Shown here piece by piece: positions 9,947-20,881 of a stretch of 64,000 bases of DNA. How positions within the stretch are numbered: position 1 is the stretch's first letter; the number at the start of each line of letters is the position of its first letter. The translations under genes were made by a program, and so were the position numbers. Origin of the DNA: an uncultured Gammaproteobacteria bacterium (GTDB lineage: Bacteria > Patescibacteriota > Patescibacteriia > UBA9934). The notes beneath the pieces were generated by a model. It was not told the DNA's origin and did no database searches. It saw only the letters and a list, made by a program, of their open reading frames with translations. The stretch spans positions 71,687 through 135,686 of the forward strand of contig CAZREA010000001.1 of NCBI GenBank assembly GCA_964599455.1, in the 5' to 3' direction.

Positions 9947-10731
9947 TGCGCGAGCGTCTTTTGGGTATCCCATTGGATATTGCGGAAAAGGATGCATACG
10001 TCAGCTGCATTCGCGACATGCTCAAACAGCATGAAGGCAATACCATTGTCACCCTCACGTCCGAGATGGTGGTTGATGCGCAATCCGATCGTACATTTCG
10101 CAATGCACTCGAGCAAGCTGCTTGCATTATTCCTGATACAGTTGGCATTGTGTATGCGATGCAAATTCTCAAAAAGAAACATATTACTCGATATCCTGGC
10201 GTTGATCTTTTTCAAGACTTGCTGCGCATGGCCAATGAACAATCGTTGAGAGTACTGCTTTTGGGTGGAGACGCGCAGACGCAATCTGCGTTTCTTGATC
10301 GCTACCACGCTCTTTTCCCCGCACTATATGTCCGCGCCATTGATCCCGGTTTGATTGATGAAAAAGATCCTCATTTGTCGTCTCCTTTGCAGGAACGTCT
10401 CAAGCGCGAAAAATATGACGTTTTGTGTGTGGCGTTGGGGCAGGGAAGAGGGAAACGGCAGGGAAAACAAGAAAAGATCATGCAACAATTGCGTGATCTA
10501 TGTCCCCATGTGCGAATAGTGATTGGTATTGGCGGAACGCTTGATTATTTGGCAGGAAATGTTGCACGTGCACCAAAATGGTTTCAAGAAAAAGGATTGG
10601 AATGGCTGTATCGTCTGGTGCGACAACCGTGGAGATTGCAGCGAGTTTTTAAAGCGGTAATTGTTTTGAGCTTTTTGACAGTAAAGGAATATTTTTTACA
10701 AAAAATCAAGAGAACGTCAGAGAAGGAATGA
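9943..10731 (+). CDS. WecB/TagA/CpsF-family glycosyltransferase
   Basis: PDTVGIV, RYPGVDL, VALG..KQE, GIGGTLDYLAG.VARAP.W.Q..GLEWLYRL..QPWR. Confidence 0.93.
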   Translation: MMRERLLGIPLDIAEKDAYVSCIRDMLKQHEGNTIVTLTSEMVVDAQSDRTFRNALEQAACIIPDTVGIVYAMQILKKKHITRYPGVDLFQDLLRMANEQSLRVLLLGGDAQTQSAFLDRYHALFPALYVRAIDPGLIDEKDPHLSSPLQERLKREKYDVLCVALGQGRGKRQGKQEKIMQQLRDLCPHVRIVIGIGGTLDYLAGNVARAPKWFQEKGLEWLYRLVRQPWRLQRVFKAVIVLSFLTVKEYFLQKIKRTSEKE

Positions 10732-11127
10732 TTACTTGCCGCGGGCAATTTTGGCTTTTTGTAGAAAATCAAGATTATCAATAATCGCTGCAAAGAGCAC
10801 GGGTTGTTGTGAGTCTCTTGGACCCGTTATCTCAGGATCGTGATGTTCGACGATGAGATACCAATGTCCGTGATCATGCCGACTTGATTGTTCGTATCTT
10901 TTATAGGCGATGTCCCCTTCATTGTTTTTTAAAAAAACGTATGCAAATCTTTCTCTTGGCTTCTGACGTTTTTCAATAACAATATCGGGAAATTTCTTTT
11001 TTACGTCCTTTAGTTCTTTTGTTGTTATTTCGGAAAGACCCAACTCATCAATCTCTCTTTCTCTACGAATTTGTTCATCGCTTATCCCCAATCTTTCTTC
11101 ACCCCATCTTCTTATTCGGGAAAGCAT
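10732..11127 (-). CDS. Hypothetical protein
   Basis: Clean ORF filling the gap between the TagA-like gene and gltX, with a tATG start. No family recognised. Confidence 0.6.
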   Translation of the reverse strand: MLSRIRRWGEERLGISDEQIRREREIDELGLSEITTKELKDVKKKFPDIVIEKRQKPRERFAYVFLKNNEGDIAYKRYEQSSRHDHGHWYLIVEHHDPEITGPRDSQQPVLFAAIIDNLDFLQKAKIARGK

Positions 11128-11197
11128 ATGAGTATAGCATACCATTTTGTTTTTTTATGAAAAACGGTATGCTGTTTATACTTTTCTTCCCCTTTTT

Positions 11198-12658
11198 ATG
11201 ACTCCCATGAGAACTCGTATCGCTCCTTCTCCCACCGGTTTTATGCATGTAGGCACTTTGCGCACCTTGATGTGGGATTACTTTATGGCCCGCCAGTCGA
11301 GTGGCCAATTCATTGTTCGTATTGAAGATACCGATCAGGAGCGATTTGTTCCTGGGGCCCTGGAGTCACTCCTTGAGACGCTGCAAAAACTTAATATTGA
11401 TCACGATGAAGGTCCTGTTTTGCAAGCTGACGGTACGCTTGCATCAAAAGGGGATTATGGACCCTACATTCAAACACAACGACTCGACATCTACAAAAAA
11501 TATGCCGATCAATTATTAGCACAAGGCGATGCCTATCATTGTTTTTGTTCGGTTGAACGGCTTGATGAGATGAGAAAAGAGCAGATGCTCATGAAGCAAA
11601 ATCCGAAGTACGACCGTGCCTGTTTGCGTCTTTCTGCCGACGAAGTTCAACGGCGTTTAGCGAACGGTGAGACGGCCGTTATTCGCATGAAATTACCCGA
11701 AGGAGTAGTTGTATTTGACGACGCAATTCGTGGAACAATTTCTTTTGATTTAAAAGATGCCGATGATCAGATTCTCGTCAAAAGCAACGGCATTCCCACA
11801 TATCATTTAGCGGTCGTTGTCGATGACGAACTCATGTACATCACCCATGTGTTACGTGGTGAGGAATGGCTACCTTCTATGCCCAAGCAAATTGTTCTTG
11901 CTAAGATGCTTGGCTTTACGCTGCCAACGTATGCGCATGTTCCGCTTATTCTCAATCCCGATAAGACTAAACTTTCTAAACGCAAAGGTGACGTAGCTGT
12001 TGAGAGTTATGTGAAAAAAGGCTATCTCCCCGAAGCGCTTATAAATTTTATTTGTACCCTCGGCTTTAATCCCAGTGCCGAGCAAGAGCTGTATACCCGA
12101 CAAGAGCTGATTGAAAAATTCGACATTAGTCGTGTGAATAAAAGCGGGGCAGTCATGAATACCGAAAAACTGGATTGGATGAACCGACAGTACTTGAAAG
12201 AAATGAGGGAAGGGGAGTTCTTTGCCTATGCGGCACAATTTGTTACTTCGGATATGACTAACGAAAAGGTTCGTCGTGCCATGCTAGTTGAACGATTGCG
12301 TATTGACCGACTTGATCAATTACCGCTGGTCATAGAGCAGTATTTGACGACGCAACAAATTGAACCTTCTGCTCTTGTCTGGAAGAAGGGAAGTCCTGAA
12401 GATGCCAAACAACAACTCACCAATCTCATTCCTATCATTGAACAATTACCAGAAGAAACGTTATCCGCACCAAAACTTCTTGAAGACACCGTAAAGCAGT
12501 ATATTACTCATAACGGTTTGCAAACTGGTGCAGTTCTTTGGCCGCTGCGTGTTGCCTTGTCGCGTCAAGAACAATCTGCGAGTCCGTTTGAATATCTTTT
12601 TGTTCTTGGTAAAGAGGAATCGCTTCACCGCATTCAAGATGCCATTACTGTGCTTTAA
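11198..12658 (+). CDS. gltX: Glutamate--tRNA ligase
   Basis: RIAPSPTGFMHVG (HIGH), RIEDTD, THVLRGEEW, KLSKR (KMSKS). Start is 11198 or 11207. Confidence 0.97.
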   Translation: MTPMRTRIAPSPTGFMHVGTLRTLMWDYFMARQSSGQFIVRIEDTDQERFVPGALESLLETLQKLNIDHDEGPVLQADGTLASKGDYGPYIQTQRLDIYKKYADQLLAQGDAYHCFCSVERLDEMRKEQMLMKQNPKYDRACLRLSADEVQRRLANGETAVIRMKLPEGVVVFDDAIRGTISFDLKDADDQILVKSNGIPTYHLAVVVDDELMYITHVLRGEEWLPSMPKQIVLAKMLGFTLPTYAHVPLILNPDKTKLSKRKGDVAVESYVKKGYLPEALINFICTLGFNPSAEQELYTRQELIEKFDISRVNKSGAVMNTEKLDWMNRQYLKEMREGEFFAYAAQFVTSDMTNEKVRRAMLVERLRIDRLDQLPLVIEQYLTTQQIEPSALVWKKGSPEDAKQQLTNLIPIIEQLPEETLSAPKLLEDTVKQYITHNGLQTGAVLWPLRVALSRQEQSASPFEYLFVLGKEESLHRIQDAITVL

Positions 12659-12665
12659 GTATTTT

Positions 12666-13868
12666 ATGATTTCATGGAGGAAAATACCTGCGTTCGGAGT
12701 CATGTTTACCACCGTTCTTTTTTCATTTCCGCATCTTCTGTTTGCTGCAGCTGCACAAGATATCACGCAATTGCAAGCTGAAATTCAAAATCGCAAAGCA
12801 CAGGTAGAAAGTATTAATACACAACTTGCGGAATACAAAAAACGGATTGCAGAATATGCATCAAAAGCGGCTTCGCTATCGACCGACGTTGCGCTTTTGG
12901 AAAATGAGGCAGCCATGACTGAATTGGATATTGCAGGTACAAAAACAGAGATTGGCGCACAGGAACTCGAATTGCAAATCTTACAACAAGGTATTCAACA
13001 AGCTGATACCGATCTGGCCACACAGCGTGCACGATTGCGTGATATATTGTTTGCCTTACAAAAACAAGATAAACGGGGTGGGCCTTTTGAAATGGTCATT
13101 GGTGCTACAGATTTTGGGGATGTATTCCAAGCAGCTGCGCAGCTTGCTGATGTGAATACCGATTTACAAAAAGCACTTGCTGCTACACAACAATCACGAG
13201 GTGATCTCTCCGAAAAACAGATTGCTCGCGAAGAAAAAATGAATGATCTCCAAGGTTTACAGACTGAGCTTGAAAAGAAACTCACCACACTCGAAACACG
13301 ACAATATGCCAAGCAGGTACTTATTAACGAAACACAAGACTCTGAAAATGAATACCGACAATTGTTGAGTGAACTGCGACAAGAGCAGCAGGCGGTCTCG
13401 GCACGCATATCACAATTGCAAGGAGACATTACCGATCGTTTAAGCGAGGCTGATGCAATAGGTGACAGCTCAGCTATTTCTTGGCCCGTTGACGGCATTA
13501 TTACTGCTATATTTCACGACCCAACATATCCTTTTCGCAATCTTTTTGAGCATTCCGGACTCGACATCGCCGTCCCTCAGGGAACACCCATCACCGCCGC
13601 TGCACCAGGTGTTGTAGCCTGGGCTAAACTTGGTCGCATGTATGGCAATTATGTCATGATTATTCATACGGATGGTCGTGCAACATTATATGCACACATG
13701 TCGCGTATGGATGTGGTTCAGGATCAATATGTTAGTCGTGGTCAAATCATTGGTCTTTCAGGCGGACGCGCAGGTTCACCGGGTGCAGGTTTTTCTACCG
13801 GACCTCACGTACACTTTGAAGTACGTGAAAATGGTATTCCGGTAGATCCTCGAAGATACTTGCCGTAA
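12666..13868 (+). CDS. Secreted coiled-coil M23 metallopeptidase (EnvC/murein hydrolase activator-like)
   Basis: Signal peptide, long coiled coil, HSGLD, LYAHMS and GPHVHFE zinc motifs intact. Confidence 0.92.
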   Translation: MISWRKIPAFGVMFTTVLFSFPHLLFAAAAQDITQLQAEIQNRKAQVESINTQLAEYKKRIAEYASKAASLSTDVALLENEAAMTELDIAGTKTEIGAQELELQILQQGIQQADTDLATQRARLRDILFALQKQDKRGGPFEMVIGATDFGDVFQAAAQLADVNTDLQKALAATQQSRGDLSEKQIAREEKMNDLQGLQTELEKKLTTLETRQYAKQVLINETQDSENEYRQLLSELRQEQQAVSARISQLQGDITDRLSEADAIGDSSAISWPVDGIITAIFHDPTYPFRNLFEHSGLDIAVPQGTPITAAAPGVVAWAKLGRMYGNYVMIIHTDGRATLYAHMSRMDVVQDQYVSRGQIIGLSGGRAGSPGAGFSTGPHVHFEVRENGIPVDPRRYLP

Positions 13869-13991
13869 AAAGACCCTGATTCTTCAATAGTCAAAAGTAA
13901 ATCTTCGAAAGGATCTGGTACTTGCTCTCAGCTTAAAATATCAGACGCATTTAAACGCGCTGTGTTGATTTAGGGGTAGTCTGATACCTTT

Positions 13992-14363
13992 ATGAATGAA
14001 TTCTCCACTCTCAAGCCTGGTTATACCGAAGAGCGCCCATGGGGACGATTCATTGTGCTTGAAGATGCCGCGACGCATAAGGTAAAACGTTTAGTCCTAT
14101 ATCCAGGAAAACGTCTTTCATATCAGCGCCATCAACAACGAACTGAGTATTGGGTGATCCTATCGGGAAATCCTATCCTGACGCTTGACGATGTTATAAC
14201 TGAGCAAAAACCCGGAGATACAATTTGCATTCCTGTAGGTACAAAACATCGTTTAGAAAATCCACATAAAACCGATGAGGTTGTTTGGATCGAGGTTCAG
14301 AGAGGCTCATATTTTGGGGAGGATGATATTGAACGTTTTGCTGACGATTTTGGGAGAATCTAG
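13992..14363 (+). CDS. Mannose-6-phosphate isomerase type II C-terminal cupin
   Basis: RPWG, LSYQRH..R.EYW, HRLEN, IEVQ.GSYFGEDDIERF.DDFGR. Confidence 0.92.
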   Translation: MNEFSTLKPGYTEERPWGRFIVLEDAATHKVKRLVLYPGKRLSYQRHQQRTEYWVILSGNPILTLDDVITEQKPGDTICIPVGTKHRLENPHKTDEVVWIEVQRGSYFGEDDIERFADDFGRI

Positions 14364-14491
14364 AGCATAGTTACGTAAATTGTATATTGTACGACTCTTT
14401 AATAAACAAAGCTGCAAAGAATAATCTCTTTACTTTAATCCCCTTTTTTGCTACTCTTTATAGTTACCCCCACTAACTAGGAGTTTCTGCA

Positions 14492-14689
14492 ATGGCATTC
14501 ATTCTGCTTCTCATCAGCTTCTTACCCGCAGGCCTTGGTCTCTGGGTAGCGTGGGAATGGCTCGATGCACCAATCCCGGAGACCGATGAAGAGGAGCGAG
14601 CAAACAATTGGATGCAGCAGCGCATCTACGCTCCCTTCGTGGTCGCATTTTTCCTTGTGACCGTCTCCATCGCAATTTCCCTTCTCTGA
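14492..14689 (+). CDS. Small two-TM hypothetical protein
   Basis: AGGAG ribosome-binding site, two hydrophobic segments, followed by two hairpins. Confidence 0.6.
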   Translation: MAFILLLISFLPAGLGLWVAWEWLDAPIPETDEEERANNWMQQRIYAPFVVAFFLVTVSIAISLL

Positions 14690-14747
14690 CAAGCCCTCTG
14701 CACGAGGGTCTTGTCAAAAACCGTACCGTCACCTCGGATGCCACCCT

Positions 14748-14763
14748 GTACGAAGGGTGGCAT
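14748..14763 (+). terminator. Hairpin downstream of the small membrane gene (right arm region)
   Basis: ATGCCACCCT-GTACGA-AGGGTGGCAT stem around 14738-14763, preceded by a second stem TGACAAGCCCTC..GAGGGTCTTGTCA (14687-14716). Confidence 0.45.
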
Positions 14764-14822
14764 TATGTATTTAAAGAAATCGTTTATACTAGCATCATCA
14801 TTTATATAATTTGTATCGTTTT

Positions 14823-15146
14823 ATGAACCCCTACATTCTTTCACTCATGTCTCTTGGATTTGCTTTCGTTGCGTATGCACTTGGGAAAAAGCTTCTCTCC
14901 ATCACTTCACTTGAAGCCGATCTCACACGTTACGAAACTAATGTGCAGAGTAGAACATGGTTTCAGAAATGGTTCCTGGGTTGGATTATTCCCTGGCAGC
15001 GTTCGATGACGCGTACCTGGATTAAACAAACCAGTGATAAAACGGTTACGATGTTTCATCGGTTCTTTGGCTATTTTTGTTACGCAGTTGCAGTTTTTGC
15101 AGCGGTTTGTGCGGTGCTCTTCCCTCTTCTGTTTCAAAATATCTAG
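14823..15146 (+). CDS. Hypothetical membrane protein
   Basis: ORF with N- and C-terminal hydrophobic helices, convergent with bcp. Confidence 0.6.
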   Translation: MNPYILSLMSLGFAFVAYALGKKLLSITSLEADLTRYETNVQSRTWFQKWFLGWIIPWQRSMTRTWIKQTSDKTVTMFHRFFGYFCYAVAVFAAVCAVLFPLLFQNI

Positions 15147-15607
15147 GAAAGCTTTTCGAGATCATCAAGAATTTCCTGTACATGCCCCGTGGGTTTCACG
15201 TTCTCGTAGATTTTTACTATCTTCCCTTCTGGAGAGATCAAATAGGTGTTGCGCAAAATGCCAATATATTCCCGTCCCATGAATTTCTTTTTTCCAATAG
15301 CACCGTAGAGTTCACAAACTTTCTTTTCTTCATCTGCCAGAAGAGGAAAAGTAAGTGATTCATTTTGTGCAAATTTCTCATGACGTTTAACCGAGTCAGC
15401 TGATACACCCAGCACTTGCGCTCCTTTTACAACAAGACCTTGGAGATTATCTCGGAAGCTACAAGCTTCAACCGTACAGCCCGGCGTCATGTCTTTTGGA
15501 TAAAAATACAGAATAACCCATTTACCACGGTAATCTGAAAGAGCATGCATCTTTCCTATTTGATCGGGCAGAGTGAAGTCAGGAGCGGGATTATTGAGGA
15601 GCGACAT
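15143..15607 (-). CDS. bcp: Peroxiredoxin BCP/PrxQ
   Basis: YFYPKDMTPGCTVEACSFRD. Confidence 0.95.
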   Translation of the reverse strand: MSLLNNPAPDFTLPDQIGKMHALSDYRGKWVILYFYPKDMTPGCTVEACSFRDNLQGLVVKGAQVLGVSADSVKRHEKFAQNESLTFPLLADEEKKVCELYGAIGKKKFMGREYIGILRNTYLISPEGKIVKIYENVKPTGHVQEILDDLEKLS

Positions 15608-15634
15608 ATCGTCGAGGTGATTTAATGATTTCTC

Positions 15635-16498
15635 TTATCGTACATAAATTCGCTCATGAAAGCGAATGTCAATATAGGTTGTTGGTTGTTGATCGATCGG
15701 TAGTTCGTGCATGACTTTTTGATACCGAGCGACTTGTGTGGCTGCATTAAGAAAAGGATTGATAATAATGGTATAAGGTTTATCCGTTTGTACAATCACT
15801 CGTGCGGCATCAGTGGTAAGCGCGAATTGTGAAAGCGTTAGATTCGCATACTGATGAAGGAGTATTCCGTATTGTTCAAGACTTTGGAGATAGGATGCTT
15901 TGAGAAAAGGAGTACCTACGGAAGGAGCATTTGTTCCTTCTTCAGCAACAAGAAAGAAGAGTTTCTCAGAAGGAATAATTTTCCCTGCCGTTAATTCATC
16001 CTGTGTGGTCTCGCGTATAACGACTCCATTTTTATCTAAAAGAAAAATCTGATTGCTCACTTTTAATGGAATAAACTGCACCTTTTCTTCAACTGCGCAG
16101 GTGAGCATATGTTTATCGAGTACACAGCTCGCATGTTCTAAAGGATATGTTGTGATGAGCATCTGTTCGAGTGCAGTGGTATTAATCCTCCACGAGAATA
16201 AACGAGGAATACCTAGCCACTTTTCCTCTTGCAAGAATGTATGTATTGATAATGCGAAACGCTGTGATGGAAGCATGCGCGTACCCTCAATTTTTATGTC
16301 GGTGAGGAGATGTGTTGGACGTACAGCGATCCAAAAGATAAGTGAAACAAGGGCGATGAAAACAAAAAAACCTCCTCCCACAAACCAAGGTATTCCGGTA
16401 TGTGTTTTTTCTGGAGAAGGTGCTTGAAAAAAAGGATTTTTCCAACCTTTGACTGCGTATAATTTGGCATTAAGTTTTTGGATGAGCGATGAACTCAT
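15635..16498 (-). CDS. Cell division protein FtsQ/DivIB-like
   Basis: Single N-terminal TM, POTRA-like region (IKIEG..), C-terminal YIDIRF.ERIY motif. Confidence 0.75.
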   Translation of the reverse strand: MSSSLIQKLNAKLYAVKGWKNPFFQAPSPEKTHTGIPWFVGGGFFVFIALVSLIFWIAVRPTHLLTDIKIEGTRMLPSQRFALSIHTFLQEEKWLGIPRLFSWRINTTALEQMLITTYPLEHASCVLDKHMLTCAVEEKVQFIPLKVSNQIFLLDKNGVVIRETTQDELTAGKIIPSEKLFFLVAEEGTNAPSVGTPFLKASYLQSLEQYGILLHQYANLTLSQFALTTDAARVIVQTDKPYTIIINPFLNAATQVARYQKVMHELPIDQQPTTYIDIRFHERIYVR

Positions 16499-16516
16499 AG
16501 GAAAAGTAGTGTCCCC

Positions 16517-17662
16517 TCACCCTACAAGAATGCGTGGTATATGTTGCCCGATACGAGCAACAACCTCGTAATGAATGGTCCCCCAGCGTTGAGCCCAATC
16601 ATCAGCAGTAACTGAGGCAAGGCCATCTCGACCAATAAGGGTGACGACATCACCTGTTTTTACAGAACTGGGTGCCGAACCGATATCAACCATACACATA
16701 TTCATGCACATATTGCCGACGATCGGACATTTTGCACCTTTGATAATCACGTAACCATTGTTTGAGGCACGGCGATCAAGTCCATCGTAGTATCCTACTG
16801 GCAAGACTGCGATACGCATGGGACGATTCGTAATAAACGTTGGTCCGTGACTAATTCCTGAACCCGGCAAAACGTCTTTAACCTGTGCGACACGGGTTTT
16901 CCAGGAAAGGACTGGTTTGAGTTCTGCATGGCGTTTTCCGAGTGTTCCCTCTCGTTTAGTGTCCGGTGATGACCATAACCCATAGAGCATGATACCAAAT
17001 CGTACAAGATTGTGTTGGGTTTCTGGTTGCATGATGCTGGCGGCAGAACAGGCAATGTGTTGGTAGATAGGATTGATGTGTTTTTGTTGCCACCAAGCTA
17101 TTGCGTCGCAAAATACAGTATTTTGTTTCTTTGTTTCCCACATGCTGCGTGTTTCTTCGGCTCCGGCAAAATGTGAAGCAATACTTTGCACGTACACCCA
17201 TCCTGCAGAAGCTCGTAGCGCATCATGTAATGCTGCATACGCACGTTCCCCTGCCCCCAAGCGATGAAGTCCTGTTTCAATTTCAAGAGTTATCTGTACC
17301 GACTTCATAAGCTTCCGTGCAGCATAAGCCAGGGTAGTAATCTCATCTGCACTAGAGACCGTTTGAATAGCTTGAGCTAAAACAACCCGCACCGCATGCT
17401 CGGGCAAGGTATATCCTAAAATAAAAATCGTTGCCTCTGGTACAAGTGACCGCACTTTTTCTGCCTCATCAATGGAATCAACAGCAAAGTGCGAAACGTC
17501 TTGTTCGGCAAGAAGACGAGTGCAAAGCGTTAAATCATGACCATACGCATCTGCCTTCACGACTCCACAAAATGTTACGCTAGGAGATAGCACATCGCGC
17601 AAAGCCTGAACATTCTGTGCAAAAGCGGATGAAGAAATTTCAAGCCAAGTTTTGGTGTGCAT
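16517..17662 (-). CDS. alr: Alanine racemase family protein
   Basis: VVKADAYGH (PLP lysine), ETGLHRLG, SHFA, VRFGIMLYG, VGYYDG, TIHYEV. Confidence 0.92.
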   Translation of the reverse strand: MHTKTWLEISSSAFAQNVQALRDVLSPSVTFCGVVKADAYGHDLTLCTRLLAEQDVSHFAVDSIDEAEKVRSLVPEATIFILGYTLPEHAVRVVLAQAIQTVSSADEITTLAYAARKLMKSVQITLEIETGLHRLGAGERAYAALHDALRASAGWVYVQSIASHFAGAEETRSMWETKKQNTVFCDAIAWWQQKHINPIYQHIACSAASIMQPETQHNLVRFGIMLYGLWSSPDTKREGTLGKRHAELKPVLSWKTRVAQVKDVLPGSGISHGPTFITNRPMRIAVLPVGYYDGLDRRASNNGYVIIKGAKCPIVGNMCMNMCMVDIGSAPSSVKTGDVVTLIGRDGLASVTADDWAQRWGTIHYEVVARIGQHIPRILVG

Positions 17663-17675
17663 AAAGGATCGGTGA

Positions 17676-17720
17676 TGGTTAAAACGGTTAAGCGGTTAAA
17701 CATCTTAACCGCCTTGACCG
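17676..17720. repeat. GGTTAA-unit repeat/hairpin downstream of serS (family copy 1)
   Basis: TGGTTAAAACGGTTAAGCGGTTAA-ACATC-TTAACCGCCTTGACCG. The first 23 nt match 40096-40118 at 21/23 positions. Confidence 0.7.
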
Positions 17721-17721
17721 A

Positions 17722-18990
17722 CTAATCTCCTTTCACGATCCGCTCTTTTCCCACCCAAGGTCGTAATACCTCAGGAACGATAATCGATCCATCTTCTTGC
17801 TGATACTGCTCCAAAATGGCTACCAACGTACGACCAATAGCAAAAGCGGTGCCATTGAGCATGTGCAGGTATTCAATTGATCCATCCTTGCGCTTCATGC
17901 GCGTTTGCAAGCGACGTGATTGATAGTCGGTACAGGTGCTCGTAGAATGAGTTTCGCGATAGGTATTTTGTGACGGCACCCATGCTTCAATGTCATATTT
18001 TCTGGCAGCAGGTAGACCTAAATCACCGGTACATTGTTTGATAACGCGATACGCAAGCCCAAGACCTTGCATCAACTTTTCTTCAACCGACAATAAAAGT
18101 TCATGTTCAGTATCGGATGTTTCTGGAGTGGTATACGAAAACATCTCAACTTTATCGAACTGATGCATGCGAATAATACCTTTTGTATCTTTGCCATAAC
18201 TTCCCGCTTCACGACGATAGCAAGGCGAGATGCCGATGTACCGAAGAGGCAATTTTTCCTCAGGCAGTATTTCATCCATGTGCAGTGCACCAAGCGGTTG
18301 CTCGGCCGTACCAATGAGATACATATTATCTTTTTGTAGATAATAAATTTCTTCTTGGCCACCGTGCTCTAAATATCCCATTGCGCGCATAACGCGAGGA
18401 TTAACCATATGGGGAACGACGGTCGGTCGGAACCCCCGAGCCATGGCAGTTTGGATGGCGTAGTTGATGAGCGCAAGCTGCAACAAAACGCCATCACCTT
18501 TGATATATGTAAAACGTGAAGCCGCTGCTTGCGTTGCCTTTTCCATGTCGAGGATATCGAGTGCTGTTCCCAGCTCGAGATGATCTTTTGGGGTAAAGGC
18601 AAATGTTGGTCGCTCACCTACTTCACGCAGGATTTCATTTTCTTCGTCATTTTCTCCTTTCTTTACGTCAGGAAGGGCGGGATTGGGAATACGGAACAAG
18701 AGTTCATCAAGTTCATCGCTGAGTGGTCGCTCCTGCGAAATCTTTTCTTCGTAATGACGATCAAGTTCGCGCATTTCTTCAATCAGCTTTTGTCGCTCTT
18801 CGGGAGTTGCTTTGGGTATTTGAGCTGAAGCGGTATTTTTCTGCGCACGCATGGCCTCGATATCCGAACGCAAACTACGCACTTGTCGATCAAGTTCAAG
18901 AATGCGATCGGTGTCAATCGTGACACACTTGGCTTGAGCAGCATCTTTAAAGAAAACGGAATTTTCGCGGAATTTTTTAAGGTCGATCAT
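17722..18990 (-). CDS. serS: Serine--tRNA ligase
   Basis: N-terminal coiled coil, LIGTAEQ, CYRREAG, HQFDKVE, YDIEAW, LNGTA. Confidence 0.98.
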   Translation of the reverse strand: MIDLKKFRENSVFFKDAAQAKCVTIDTDRILELDRQVRSLRSDIEAMRAQKNTASAQIPKATPEERQKLIEEMRELDRHYEEKISQERPLSDELDELLFRIPNPALPDVKKGENDEENEILREVGERPTFAFTPKDHLELGTALDILDMEKATQAAASRFTYIKGDGVLLQLALINYAIQTAMARGFRPTVVPHMVNPRVMRAMGYLEHGGQEEIYYLQKDNMYLIGTAEQPLGALHMDEILPEEKLPLRYIGISPCYRREAGSYGKDTKGIIRMHQFDKVEMFSYTTPETSDTEHELLLSVEEKLMQGLGLAYRVIKQCTGDLGLPAARKYDIEAWVPSQNTYRETHSTSTCTDYQSRRLQTRMKRKDGSIEYLHMLNGTAFAIGRTLVAILEQYQQEDGSIIVPEVLRPWVGKERIVKGD

Positions 18991-19397
18991 AATAATCCTC
19001 TTAACAATGAACTCTTGTGCTTGTCCGGCTCAAAAGCCGACAATACAAGAACCTTCACAGAGTACCCCGTTTTTGCCTTCCATGCCAAGAAATTTCCCCG
19101 TAGGGCGTCTTGGTCATAGCCAAAGGCAATGACATCAGGTTTTTGTGCAAGAACACAGTGATACTCCCCCTCGACAGGGTCTCCAGGCACTACTTCATCA
19201 ACAAACCCCGAATGCAAAAGCGCCTCTCGTCTTTGTGAAAAAGTATATTGCGGCTGTCTTCCCTTCAGTCGCTGGATAACATCGTCTTGCGCGAGTGAGA
19301 CCCAGAGTTCCTCTCCATACTCTTTTGCTTTTGTAAGAAGATACTCATGTCCGGGATGCAGTCCATCAAACGATCCGAAGATCATGACTCGTGTCAT
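18987..19397 (-). CDS. Cytidylyltransferase-like nucleotidyltransferase (RibL/TagD-type)
   Basis: [10 protein letters not shown] (HxGH), [15 protein letters not shown]-terminal motif. Confidence 0.88.
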   Translation of the reverse strand: MTRVMIFGSFDGLHPGHEYLLTKAKEYGEELWVSLAQDDVIQRLKGRQPQYTFSQRREALLHSGFVDEVVPGDPVEGEYHCVLAQKPDVIAFGYDQDALRGNFLAWKAKTGYSVKVLVLSAFEPDKHKSSLLRGLL

Positions 19398-20875
19398 ACA
19401 TCTTTTGATTTTGGCTTGAGCGTAGGAAAGAAAATAACTTCTTTGAGATTCGGTGAATTGGTAAGAAAAGCAACTAAACGATCAATACCGATAGCCATAC
19501 CGCTTGTTGGAGGCATACCATATTCAAGCGCAGATAAAAAGTCTTCATCCAAAAATTGCGCCTCTTCACTTCCCTGTTCACGTAGTGCTTCTTGCTCCAA
19601 AAACCGTTTGCGTTGATCCAGAGGATCATTTAATTCGTGATAATACGCATTAATAATTTCTGCTCCTTCAACAACTAATTGAACAGAAGAGCTCTTGGTT
19701 GGATCTTCAGGGCAGGCTTTTGCGAGCGGTTTCAATTCAATAGGATAATCAAAAATCCAGGTTGGTTGCTGCAGTTTTGCACGTGCAGTCTTTTTATACA
19801 ATTGATCGTAATGCTCACCAATTCCTACACAATTGCCGAAATCTATTTTCAACCCCTTTTCTTTAACCGCTTGTATCAAATTTTTCTCTTCTCGATATGC
19901 ATCAATATCAATATCGCACGCCTCGATAATAGCTTGACGGAACGTTTTACGAGGCCATGCTAATGAAGAGTCGATAATATGGTTATCATAAGGAACGGAC
20001 AATGAACCAATCGAGTGCTCGATAATGCATCTCATGATCTTTTCCAGAAAATCAACGAAGAAATCCTTACTCGGCACATAGGCCCAATAGAGTTCGATGG
20101 TGGTAAATTCAGGATTATGTGCGTAATCGATACCCTCGTTACGGAAGAGCCTGCCTATTTCGTATACTTTTTCAAAACCTCCAACGATCAATCTTTTCAA
20201 GTAAAGCTCAGGAGCAATACGTAAGTAAAGATCTGCATCAAGTGCGTTGTGATGGGTAATGAAAGGCCGAGCGTTTGCCCCTCCAGGAATAGGTTGCAAA
20301 ATAGGTGTTTCAACCTCCAAAAATCCTTGTTCATCGAGAAAGCGACGGAGTGCAGAAATCATCTTTGATCGCACAACAAAACGTTGACGGACTTCTGGAT
20401 TTGCAATCAAATCAAGCTCGCGTTGACGATAGCGCACCTCGACGTCTTGCAATCCATGCCATTTTTCGGGCAGCGGACGGAGTGATTTTGCTAAGTGACG
20501 AACGGCCTGCGTTAAAATGGATTGCTCGCCAGTTTTTGTAACATACGCGACACCTTCAATTTCCAAAAAATCACCCACATCCAAAAAGGAAAGAAGGGTT
20601 TCGTAGGCAGCATTCAGATCATCCAAACGTAGAACAATTTGTATCTCACCCGACTCATCACGCAAACGTAAAAAAGTAAGAGCACCAATACGACGTACAG
20701 CAATCACGCGACCAACAATCTTGACGACGTCTTTACCTTCCAAAAGTTGAGCAAATGTTGCAAGGACTTGAACAATGGTATGCGTGCGTTCGGGATTGAC
20801 CGGATAGGGTTCAATACCCTGTTCGCGCATGGCGGCAAGGCGGTCTTTGCGAATGTCGATTTCTCCTTTTTCCAT
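19394..20875 (-). CDS. lysS: Lysine--tRNA ligase (class II)
   Basis: OB fold, [36 protein letters not shown]. Confidence 0.98.
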   Translation of the reverse strand: MEKGEIDIRKDRLAAMREQGIEPYPVNPERTHTIVQVLATFAQLLEGKDVVKIVGRVIAVRRIGALTFLRLRDESGEIQIVLRLDDLNAAYETLLSFLDVGDFLEIEGVAYVTKTGEQSILTQAVRHLAKSLRPLPEKWHGLQDVEVRYRQRELDLIANPEVRQRFVVRSKMISALRRFLDEQGFLEVETPILQPIPGGANARPFITHHNALDADLYLRIAPELYLKRLIVGGFEKVYEIGRLFRNEGIDYAHNPEFTTIELYWAYVPSKDFFVDFLEKIMRCIIEHSIGSLSVPYDNHIIDSSLAWPRKTFRQAIIEACDIDIDAYREEKNLIQAVKEKGLKIDFGNCVGIGEHYDQLYKKTARAKLQQPTWIFDYPIELKPLAKACPEDPTKSSSVQLVVEGAEIINAYYHELNDPLDQRKRFLEQEALREQGSEEAQFLDEDFLSALEYGMPPTSGMAIGIDRLVAFLTNSPNLKEVIFFPTLKPKSKDV

Positions 20876-20881
20876 ACAGGT

